DNA of 64,000 nucleotides from an uncultured Mycoplasmatota bacterium (GTDB lineage Bacteria; Bacillota_I; Bacilli_A; RF39; UBA660): NCBI GenBank assembly GCA_900548725.1, contig URLV01000002.1, positions 2,312 to 66,311 of the forward strand, read 5' to 3'. Shown piece by piece: positions 56,551 to 64,000 of this stretch (position 1 is its first letter; each line of letters starts with the position of its first letter). The notes under the pieces were generated by a model. It saw only the letters and a program-made list of their open reading frames with translations, ran no database searches and was not told where the DNA came from. The position numbers and the translations under genes were made by a program.

Positions 56551-59500
56551 TTATTCTTCTAGATATTCTTTGTTCTTTCTTATATTTTTCTTTACTATTA
56601 TTATGCAACTACTTATTAAAATTATAACACTACCTGCAATTATCGAAGCAATTTCAACAGATTTATTAAAAGCATCTTTTTTAATATCAATAGAATAAGT
56701 TTCAAAAGTTCCATTTTCTGCAACAACCTTAACTCTAACTGTACTAAATCCAGTTAATTCATCATTACCTCTTATAAATACTTCTGCTCTATTATTAGCA
56801 GGAACAGCAGTTATAACTAAAGATTTTTCTTGTTTTATTTTAACAGTATAATCTTTTTTATCAGGACTAAATTTAATATCATATCCTAAAACTTTCATAT
56901 CTTTTAAAGTACTATCATTAGATATATTTAATCCAAATTCTTTACGTATAATAGTTAATCTATAATACGCAACATCATCATTACTATTAATTACTTTAAT
57001 TTCTACAAAATTTTCTCCCACATCTAATCCCATACCAGTTGGAGAACCTATTTGATATTTACTATCATTTTTTCTCTTATAACTTACTATTACTCTACTA
57101 TTTGGATCATTTAAATTTAATTTTAAATCTATACTTTCCATAGAGTAATCAACACTGAAGCTATAATTAGAAACGTCAGATTCAAAAGGAACATTAACGC
57201 CAGGAATAACTAAATCAGATAATTGTAACGTAGAATCTTTTATAATATCAGTGCCTTTTTTCACAAATGTTATAACATAAGTACGAGTACTTCCAGTCTG
57301 ACTAATAACTTTTATAAGTTTTACAGTTGTATCTCCTTCAATCTTAACATCACCAGGTTCATATCCCTCAACATAATTAGCTTTATCACTTGAAATATTA
57401 GATTTAACATTTACAACTGAAGTATTTTTTTGTATTTCAACTTTATAATCAGTTACATTAGAATTAAAATTCAAACTACCTTCACTAACAGATAATTCAC
57501 TAAGTGTATTATCACTGGTTCTATCATCTGTTCTTGTAACTAAAATAGTATAAGTTCTTATTTTTCCTTCTTTATTTTGAATTTTAATTAATATTGTATT
57601 AACTCCATATTTTAAATTTACTGTTCTAGGTTCATATCCTGTAACATAGTTAGAATCACTACTCGTTAAAGTTACATATACAGACACAGTAGGAGAATCA
57701 ATTTCTAATTTATATTCCATATTAAATGGATTAAATGTATTAACAGCGACTTTAGAATCATTCATCAAATCATTTGATATCAATAAATATTTATTAGATT
57801 TAATACTTTCTTCATAACTTAATGTACTTGCCAAAGATTGTATATTACCATTAGCATCATATAATTCAATTTTTTCTGCAGTAGTATTAGTATTAATATT
57901 ATCCAAAACAGTCCCACTAACTCCATTACTAATATTTCCTTTAGAATCCATTACCCAAATATATTTAATTCCTGGTGTACTTGTAATAGTAAATGAATCC
58001 CCATTTACTTTTTGCCAACCACTCGAAGAAGAAGTTGGATCTAAATACTCCTCGCTAACGTAATATTTTGTTATTTTTCCTGCTTTTGATAATGCTTTAA
58101 CACTTATTACACCTTCACTACTATTACTCTGAATCACTCCTGGTGTAACTTCTAAAGTTGGTTTAGAATCATTCATTTTACAATTAACATTATATTTTTT
58201 AGAACACTTATTTCCTACACATTTTTCATCTGTTATAGCATATACACTGCTTTTATCAAAAGTATAACCTTGATTACATTGATAATATTTTGCTATATTC
58301 TTTTTATTTATTTCTTCATTATCATTCTTATCGTAACATAAGCTATAAGTATCTTCTCCTTTATTTTTTGTACTTTTACTTATTTTACAAGTTTTAGAAT
58401 CATCATTAGAACTTGAATCACAAGATTCTTTTGCTTTATCAGTAGTATCAAAAATATATTTTTTATTAATAGCTTTGTTAGAAACATCAACTTTTTCACC
58501 ATTATGTTTTAAAATTTGATTATAAACACAAGTATCTTCACTACATGTAGTAACATAAAGTGCTTCACCACAAGCATAGTCAGATCCACTTGTACCAACA
58601 TACATATATTTATTTTTTTGTTCTCCTGCACATGTAACATTAGCAGCAGATTGTTCCATAGTTATTTTATTTCTATATAATTTTCTAGTTTTTCCTTCTA
58701 AAATTCCATAACAATATTGCATGCCATCTTCGTTAATACAATAATCTACCCAAAATTTTGTTCCACATTCAATTTTGTTAGCACCTTCAGGTATAGAAAC
58801 TTCTGCACCTTCTTGTAAGTATCTCCAACCACCTATCATCTCTTTATAACAAGCATAATACTTAGTATCTTCCTTTATTAAAACAGTTTCACTACTCTTT
58901 TCAACTGTTCTATACTTTGTTTCATCGTCTCCACCTTCACATACAGGTTCACCATTAGAAAAATCTTTAGTCCATCCCATTAATAATCCAGTATCATACT
59001 TTAATAATTTATTATCTGAAGGCAATATAGGAAACTTAGCTTTACCACCAGAATCAACAATAAATTGACAAACGCCATCAGAATGATATGAAGTTCCATT
59101 ATTACATTCTAATCCATAGCCGCCATATTCATAAAATAGTACACTATATTTTCCACTATTAGTAGTAGTTGTTGTTGTTGTTTTATTTCCGCAAAAATTA
59201 TCCGCAGCACTTTGAGATTCCGCTAGTGCACTAGATTGAATTCTTACTCCAGAATCCTTAACATGACACCATTCTTCACTCCCATCATTATTTGCTGTAC
59301 AATAAGCAATTTCAAGTCCAATTCCACAATAATAACCTTTATTTTTTAAATCTTCATTTATATTCTTATTTTGTAAATATCTAGTACCATTAATAATTTT
59401 AGAAACCTTCTCATTTTTACAAACCATCGTATCATAATTTGCAGTTATTTTATTTCTATAAACCCAGCCTGTTTGATTTACATCATTAACTTTAGCATAT

Positions 59501-59703
59501 TTACAAATTTCTGCATTTCCATTTTCTTTTACACAATCCTTTTCAATATTCTCAATATAAAGTTTAGAACCACAAACCAATATATTTGAATCAGCAGACG
59601 CATCATCAGTAGCATATCTTACTTCACCAGCATATACGCTCAAGCCAAACACAAAAAAACAACATACAAATATTAAAATTCTAATAATATTATTTTTCTT
59701 CAT
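56551..59703 (-). CDS. large surface adhesin-like protein: four Cys-framed repeats, Flg_new-like segment, four cadherin-like beta-sandwich repeats, C-terminal TM anchor
   Basis: Signal peptide MKKNNIIRILIFVCCFFVFGLSVYA. Repeats of the type CG..(6-7)..C..(7-9)..C...R/K..I. with GWVYRNKIT (SH3b-like flavour). Cadherin-like repeats lie at about 56667-57807. No LPXTG. Confidence 0.65.
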   Translation of the reverse strand: MKKNNIIRILIFVCCFFVFGLSVYAGEVRYATDDASADSNILVCGSKLYIENIEKDCVKENGNAEICKYAKVNDVNQTGWVYRNKITANYDTMVCKNEKVSKIINGTRYLQNKNINEDLKNKGYYCGIGLEIAYCTANNDGSEEWCHVKDSGVRIQSSALAESQSAADNFCGNKTTTTTTTNSGKYSVLFYEYGGYGLECNNGTSYHSDGVCQFIVDSGGKAKFPILPSDNKLLKYDTGLLMGWTKDFSNGEPVCEGGDDETKYRTVEKSSETVLIKEDTKYYACYKEMIGGWRYLQEGAEVSIPEGANKIECGTKFWVDYCINEDGMQYCYGILEGKTRKLYRNKITMEQSAANVTCAGEQKNKYMYVGTSGSDYACGEALYVTTCSEDTCVYNQILKHNGEKVDVSNKAINKKYIFDTTDKAKESCDSSSNDDSKTCKISKSTKNKGEDTYSLCYDKNDNEEINKKNIAKYYQCNQGYTFDKSSVYAITDEKCVGNKCSKKYNVNCKMNDSKPTLEVTPGVIQSNSSEGVISVKALSKAGKITKYYVSEEYLDPTSSSSGWQKVNGDSFTITSTPGIKYIWVMDSKGNISNGVSGTVLDNINTNTTAEKIELYDANGNIQSLASTLSYEESIKSNKYLLISNDLMNDSKVAVNTFNPFNMEYKLEIDSPTVSVYVTLTSSDSNYVTGYEPRTVNLKYGVNTILIKIQNKEGKIRTYTILVTRTDDRTSDNTLSELSVSEGSLNFNSNVTDYKVEIQKNTSVVNVKSNISSDKANYVEGYEPGDVKIEGDTTVKLIKVISQTGSTRTYVITFVKKGTDIIKDSTLQLSDLVIPGVNVPFESDVSNYSFSVDYSMESIDLKLNLNDPNSRVIVSYKRKNDSKYQIGSPTGMGLDVGENFVEIKVINSNDDVAYYRLTIIRKEFGLNISNDSTLKDMKVLGYDIKFSPDKKDYTVKIKQEKSLVITAVPANNRAEVFIRGNDELTGFSTVRVKVVAENGTFETYSIDIKKDAFNKSVEIASIIAGSVIILISSCIIIVKKNIRKNKEYLEE

Positions 59704-59740
59704 ACTATTTACCATCACTTTCATATTTTTATCTAATTTA

Positions 59741-59768
59741 ATTATACAATAATCAAAAAAAATTGCAA
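59741..59768 (-). promoter_or_regulatory. promoter at the head of the T4SS/adhesin cluster
   Basis: Minus strand: TTGCAA (59768-59763), 16-nt spacer ending in TG, TATAAT (59746-59741). An extended -10 with a near-consensus -35. Confidence 0.6.
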
Positions 59769-59770
59769 CA

Positions 59771-59797
59771 AAAAAGTGATTAAATAAATCTAATCAC
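59771..59797 (-). terminator. rnj terminator
   Basis: Minus strand: GTGATTA-8 nt-TAATCAC hairpin overlapping the rnj stop, followed by TTTTTTGTT. Confidence 0.6.
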
Positions 59798-61428
59798 TAT
59801 ACTTCTTGAATTACAGCAATAATCATTGGCTTACATTCAGTTTCATTATAAAAATATTTACTTAACTTTTCTCTAATTTCTAATTTAATATTATTATAAT
59901 CAACATAATTATTATTAATATTACTTTCTATAACATCTAAACTAATCTTCTTAACATTATCTATCATTTCTTTACTATCTTTAATATAGATAAAACCTCT
60001 AGTAACTATCTCAGGTCCAACTAAAACCTTTTTAGTATTTTTATCTAATGTAGCACTCACTAAAACAATACCATTCTCACTTAACATTTCTCTATCTTTA
60101 ATAACTAATTCACCAACATCATCATTAGTATTACCATCTATTAAAACGTCACTTAATTCTAATCTATCATAACATTCTATAAGTTTCTTGTTTTCTATCT
60201 TAACAAACTCTCCATTAGTTTTTAATATTATATTCTTACTATCAATACCTAAGTTAGTAGCTAACTCAGCATTATTAACCATATATCTATATTCCCCTTC
60301 TACAGGCATATAATACATAGGTTTTAATAAATCTATCATTAACATTAAATCTTCTTGACTAGCGTGTTGACTAATCTCTTTATCTTTAGGAATACTTATT
60401 GTATCAGCACCTAACATAGCTATTTCATTTTCTAATTTAACAACAACCTTTTCATTTTCATCATATCTAGGTTCAGCAAATATAATAGTATCATCTTTAT
60501 TTAATTTAATAAATTTATCATATCCACTAACTATTCTATCTATAGCAACATAAGGTTTTTCTTTATCATCACATACTAACAATATAGAATTACTATCATT
60601 TACATTACTTAAATCACCCATTATATCTCTATAGTCATTCATATATTTTTCACTTATAGCCATATTTATAACACTTTGTAACTTTTTACCCATTACAACA
60701 ACTTTTCTACGTGCATCCCTAGCAGCTTCAAATATTTCTTCTATAGTAAATAAATGTATTGGTAATACTGTAAATATTACTCTTCCCTCACTTCTATTTA
60801 TAGAATCTCTAAAAAAATCAGTTAACCTATGATTAGGACTCGTATGTCCTAATCTTTCAGAAAACGCAGAATCACTTAATAAACATAATACACCTTGTTT
60901 ACCAATATAAGCTATCTTACCTATATCCATATTATATTTACCACTCATAGATGGATCTATTATAAAATCTCCAGTATATACAATTGCACCATCTTTAGTA
61001 TTAATAACATACATTACTGCATCTGGCACAGAATGACTTACACTAATTGGGAAAACAGATAAATTATCAAAATTAATCTTTTTATATGGAATTACCTCCA
61101 TTAAATTATGATTAAATCCATCTAATTCCAAATATTTCTTAGTATATTTAGTACAATATATTTTAACTTCAGGTAAAAGTTCACTTAAATCTTTTATTCC
61201 ACCCATATTCTCAGGATGTGCATGAGTTATAAATATACCAACAATTTTTTTTCTATTTTTAACTAAGTAACTATAATCTGGAATAATATAATCTATTCCC
61301 AACATACTATCATTAGCATATTTAAGTCCACAATCCATAACAAATATTTTATTATCTACTTCAATCACATACGTATTTTTTCCATTTTCGTTTAGTCCAC
61401 CTAAACTTACTATTTTAATCTTATTCAT
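59797..61428 (-). CDS. rnj: ribonuclease J family protein (metallo-beta-lactamase + beta-CASP) with atypical motif II
   Basis: MNKIKIVSLGGLNENGKNTYVIEVD..., YTGDF, SHSVPDA and SQHASQEDL motifs. The motif II position reads THAHPENMGG instead of HGHEDHIGG. Confidence 0.8.
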   Translation of the reverse strand: MNKIKIVSLGGLNENGKNTYVIEVDNKIFVMDCGLKYANDSMLGIDYIIPDYSYLVKNRKKIVGIFITHAHPENMGGIKDLSELLPEVKIYCTKYTKKYLELDGFNHNLMEVIPYKKINFDNLSVFPISVSHSVPDAVMYVINTKDGAIVYTGDFIIDPSMSGKYNMDIGKIAYIGKQGVLCLLSDSAFSERLGHTSPNHRLTDFFRDSINRSEGRVIFTVLPIHLFTIEEIFEAARDARRKVVVMGKKLQSVINMAISEKYMNDYRDIMGDLSNVNDSNSILLVCDDKEKPYVAIDRIVSGYDKFIKLNKDDTIIFAEPRYDENEKVVVKLENEIAMLGADTISIPKDKEISQHASQEDLMLMIDLLKPMYYMPVEGEYRYMVNNAELATNLGIDSKNIILKTNGEFVKIENKKLIECYDRLELSDVLIDGNTNDDVGELVIKDREMLSENGIVLVSATLDKNTKKVLVGPEIVTRGFIYIKDSKEMIDNVKKISLDVIESNINNNYVDYNNIKLEIREKLSKYFYNETECKPMIIAVIQEV

Positions 61429-61476
61429 TATAATCTCTTCTTTCTAATTAATTAAAAGTATCAAAAACGTAAATCA

Positions 61477-61505
61477 ATTATAACAAAAAAAAGAAGTATT
61501 GACAA
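61477..61505 (-). promoter_or_regulatory. rnj promoter
   Basis: Minus strand: TTGTCA (61505-61500), 17-nt spacer ending in TGT, TATAAT (61482-61477). Confidence 0.5.
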
Positions 61506-61510
61506 GTATA

Positions 61511-61951
61511 CTAAAATTTATAATTATCTATATCTTTTACATCAATAACTTCTACTCCAATACTAAGTAACATATCAACCAATATTCCATTACCATCAAT
61601 TAGTTTACCACTAAAACTACCATCATATATTTTATTTATTCCACAGCTTGGACTTCTAGATTGCAATATAGCTGTTTTTATATTTAATCTTTTTACTAAT
61701 TCAGTAACTTCTTTTGCTCCTTTAACAAATTCTTCAGTAACATCTTTACCATTTTTATCAAATACATATTTAGTATTATCAATAATTTTTATTTCACTAC
61801 CAATTCTAGGTGTAGTTAATCCACCAAGCTCTTCAGGACACACAAAAATAGCTTTACCTTCTTTAACTAAATTAAATATTTTTTCATTATAATTATTACC
61901 ACCATTATATTTGGTATTTAGCCCTACCAAACAAGCACTAACCAATATCAC
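61511..61951 (-). CDS. DUF523 (YbbK/TudS-like) protein
   Basis: ILVSACLVGLNTKYNGG N-terminal motif and SPSCG motif. Confidence 0.7.
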   Translation of the reverse strand: MILVSACLVGLNTKYNGGNNYNEKIFNLVKEGKAIFVCPEELGGLTTPRIGSEIKIIDNTKYVFDKNGKDVTEEFVKGAKEVTELVKRLNIKTAILQSRSPSCGINKIYDGSFSGKLIDGNGILVDMLLSIGVEVIDVKDIDNYKF

Positions 61952-63350
61952 TTATAACTCCATTCAAACTAAATGACTTAGCATCAGTAATTAAAACATC
62001 TTGTATAGTACCAATTAATTCTTTATCACAACTCACATTTACTAATTTCATAGTTTCAGTATAACCACACAATTTATTATTATCTTTACTACTAACTTCA
62101 GTTAACAAAACTTTTTGTACACTATTAACTAATTTTTTATTATTTTCTAAAGAATATTTATTAACTAATTTATTTAACTCTTCTAATCTTTTTTCTTTTA
62201 CTTCTAAACTAATACTATCTTCCATTATACTAGCTGGAGTACCAACACGTGGTGAAAAAATAAATGTAAAAGCACTATCATATTTACAATAGTTAACAAC
62301 ATCTAAAGTATCTTTAAAATCTTCATCACTTTCATTAGGAAAACCAACTATAATATCAGTAGTAACAGCAACATTCTTAATTTTACTTTTTATTTTATCA
62401 TATAATTTAATATATTCCTCTTTAGTGTATCTTCTACCCATTAATTTTAATATTCTATCACTACCACTTTGTAACGGTAAATGTATATAAGGCATAATAT
62501 TATCATACTTACTAATAACATCAATCATACTATCAGTAAAATCCCAAGGATGACTTGTAACAAATCTTATTCTATCTATTCCTATTTTACTAACACTTTC
62601 CAATAGTTCACTAAAAGACATTTCATTTTCCAAATCTTTACCATAAGCATTAACATTTTGTCCTAACAACGTTACTTCTTTATACCCATTATCTTTTAAA
62701 TATTTAACTTCATTTAATATATCAACACTTTTTCTACTTCTTTGTTTCCCTCTAGTATAAGGAACTATACAATAAGTACAAAATTTATCACAACCATACA
62801 TTATATTAACCCATGCACAATATTTGCTATCTCTCTTATATAAATTACCAACTTCAATAACTTCTCCCTCTTTAGAATAAACTTTAATATCAGTTTTATT
62901 CATTTTATTTATTAACATAGTAGGTAATTCATTTAAATTATGTGTACCAAAAACAATATCTATATATTTATGCTTATTAAGTATTTCATCTACAACATGT
63001 TCTTCTTGTGCCATACATCCACACAAACCTATAATTAAATCTTTTTTATCTTTTTTTAAATGTTTACATCTTCCCAAAAAACCAAATACTTTATCATGAG
63101 CATTTTCTCTAATAGCACAAGTATTTAAAAGTATTAAATCAGCATCTTCCATAATATCAGTTTCTTTATATCCAATACTTTCCAATAATGCTTTAATCTC
63201 TTCACTATCATGAACATTCATTTGACATCCATAAGTTCTAATAAAATATTTTTTACCATTAAACATATCTATATTATCAATATTGTAATATTCGTATTTA
63301 ACTTTATCTTTAGTTCTTTTCTTTGCTTCTATCATATCAGGTAAATTCAT
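61938..63350 (-). CDS. miaB: tRNA-i6A37 methylthiotransferase MiaB
   Basis: YFIRTYGCQMNVHDSE (UPF0004 Cys motif), radical-SAM CDKFCTYCIVP, C-terminal TRAM domain. Confidence 0.9.
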   Translation of the reverse strand: MNLPDMIEAKKRTKDKVKYEYYNIDNIDMFNGKKYFIRTYGCQMNVHDSEEIKALLESIGYKETDIMEDADLILLNTCAIRENAHDKVFGFLGRCKHLKKDKKDLIIGLCGCMAQEEHVVDEILNKHKYIDIVFGTHNLNELPTMLINKMNKTDIKVYSKEGEVIEVGNLYKRDSKYCAWVNIMYGCDKFCTYCIVPYTRGKQRSRKSVDILNEVKYLKDNGYKEVTLLGQNVNAYGKDLENEMSFSELLESVSKIGIDRIRFVTSHPWDFTDSMIDVISKYDNIMPYIHLPLQSGSDRILKLMGRRYTKEEYIKLYDKIKSKIKNVAVTTDIIVGFPNESDEDFKDTLDVVNYCKYDSAFTFIFSPRVGTPASIMEDSISLEVKEKRLEELNKLVNKYSLENNKKLVNSVQKVLLTEVSSKDNNKLCGYTETMKLVNVSCDKELIGTIQDVLITDAKSFSLNGVISDIG

Positions 63351-63388
63351 AACTTCACTTCTTTCTAAGTCACACTATTATAACAAAC

Positions 63389-64000
63389 TTATTTCATTTT
63401 CTCCACTATTTTAAATAATTTTATAATAGATTTTTCTTGTTTTATTTTACTAATATTTTTTACCATCTTATTTCTAACATCATCATTGTTAACTAATTCA
63501 TAAACTTCTTTATTAAATACATTTTTATTTTTAGCCCATTTAGCATAACCATTTCTAACTAAATATCTCCTATTATATATTTCTTGTCCGCCATTACTTT
63601 TAATAAGTATCATAGGTTTATTAAATAATATACATTCAGTTACTTGAGCACCTCCAGGTTTAGTAATTACTACATCACTTATTTTATATAACTCATTAAC
63701 ATTATTAACAAAACCAAATACTTTAACATTCTTACTTTTATATTTTCTAACATATTCTTTAGCTTTCTTTTCTGCTTCTTTATTCCTACCAGCAACAAAA
63801 AATATATTAACATCAAAATTATTTTTTAATAATTCTTTAAAATAAACTAAATTAATTAACGCTCCATTACCTCCACCAACAAAGAATAATATATTTAATT
63901 TATCATTATCACACTTATATTTTTTTAGTAAATCTTTTCTTTTTAAATTTTCTAAAGTATCCATACTTATAGGAATACCACTAGTATAAACTTGTTTATT
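63389..64000 (-). CDS. MGDG-synthase/UgtP-like lipid glycosyltransferase; N-terminal part runs off the right edge
   Basis: The frame stays open upstream of the track Met (…NKQVYTSGIPISMDTLENL…). TKPGGAQVTE is a GT28 C-terminal domain motif. Confidence 0.65.
   Translation of the reverse strand, partial: NKQVYTSGIPISMDTLENLKRKDLLKKYKCDNDKLNILFFVGGGNGALINLVYFKELLKNNFDVNIFFVAGRNKEAEKKAKEYVRKYKSKNVKVFGFVNNVNELYKISDVVITKPGGAQVTECILFNKPMILIKSNGGQEIYNRRYLVRNGYAKWAKNKNVFNKEVYELVNNDDVRNKMVKNISKIKQEKSIIKLFKIVEKMK

Larger units (their letters stand above)
38222..59724 (-). mobile_element. conjugation-type (Gram-positive MPF) type IV secretion gene cluster: 19 co-oriented genes, with no relaxase, integrase or replication gene seen
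   Basis: VirD4, VirB4, VirB6-like and VirB3-like proteins, wall hydrolases and surface adhesins, with motifs read directly (see the individual CDS entries). Bounded by the convergent GT2 gene on the left and the rnj terminator on the right. Confidence 0.6.

Noticed and set aside
1-64000. Mollicutes-type genetic code (TGA = Trp), considered because of the extreme AT-richness and Mollicutes-like features
   Set aside because: All conserved genes are full length under the standard code, and the 171-aa T4SS ORF terminates at a TGA stop. No conserved protein shows an in-frame TGA.
1-64000. CRISPR arrays, rRNA genes, IS elements or transposases
   Set aside because: I saw no regularly spaced direct repeats, no rRNA-like sequence, and no ORF with DDE or recombinase motifs on either strand.

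Overview
This is a strongly AT-rich chromosomal window from a wall-bearing, probably spore-forming low-GC Bacillota. It uses the standard genetic code, and one gene ends at a TGA stop. About 90% is coding, almost all on the minus strand. There are no rRNA genes and no CRISPR array.

Layout:
- 1-2.7 kb: a truncated unknown ORF, a Y-family polymerase/YolD pair and tRNA-Ala(UGC).
- 2.8-8.1 kb: a surface protein, rseP, cdsA and two unknown ORFs.
- 8.1-11.3 kb: a tail-less SSB, a ParE-type topoisomerase B subunit with no partner gene, and a decayed ORF6N gene.
- 11.3-18 kb: an RNA-modification methyltransferase (RumA family), rluB, spmB, spmA, dacB, then a prepilin peptidase and a PilC/GspF-like platform protein.
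- 18.3-22.9 kb: an operon of modular paralogous secreted proteins, with a C11 tract in its promoter region.
- 23.1-37.0 kb: the complete S10-spc-alpha ribosomal cluster (rpsJ to rplQ, including secY, adk, map, infA and rpoA). L30 is missing.
- 37.3-38.2 kb: a GtrB-like GT2 glycosyltransferase.
- 38.2-59.7 kb: a 21.5-kb, 19-gene conjugation-type type IV secretion (T4SS) operon.
- 59.8-64 kb: rnj, a DUF523 gene, miaB and a partial UgtP-like gene.

The T4SS locus is the main candidate for something new. It encodes VirD4, a split VirB4, VirB6-like and VirB3-like proteins, three wall-hydrolase domains, three paralogous pilin-like hairpin proteins, and a set of adhesins built from Cys-rich and cadherin-like repeats. 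I could not find a relaxase, integrase, replication gene or att repeats. It sits between core genes.

All calls come from reading motifs by eye. No database search was possible.
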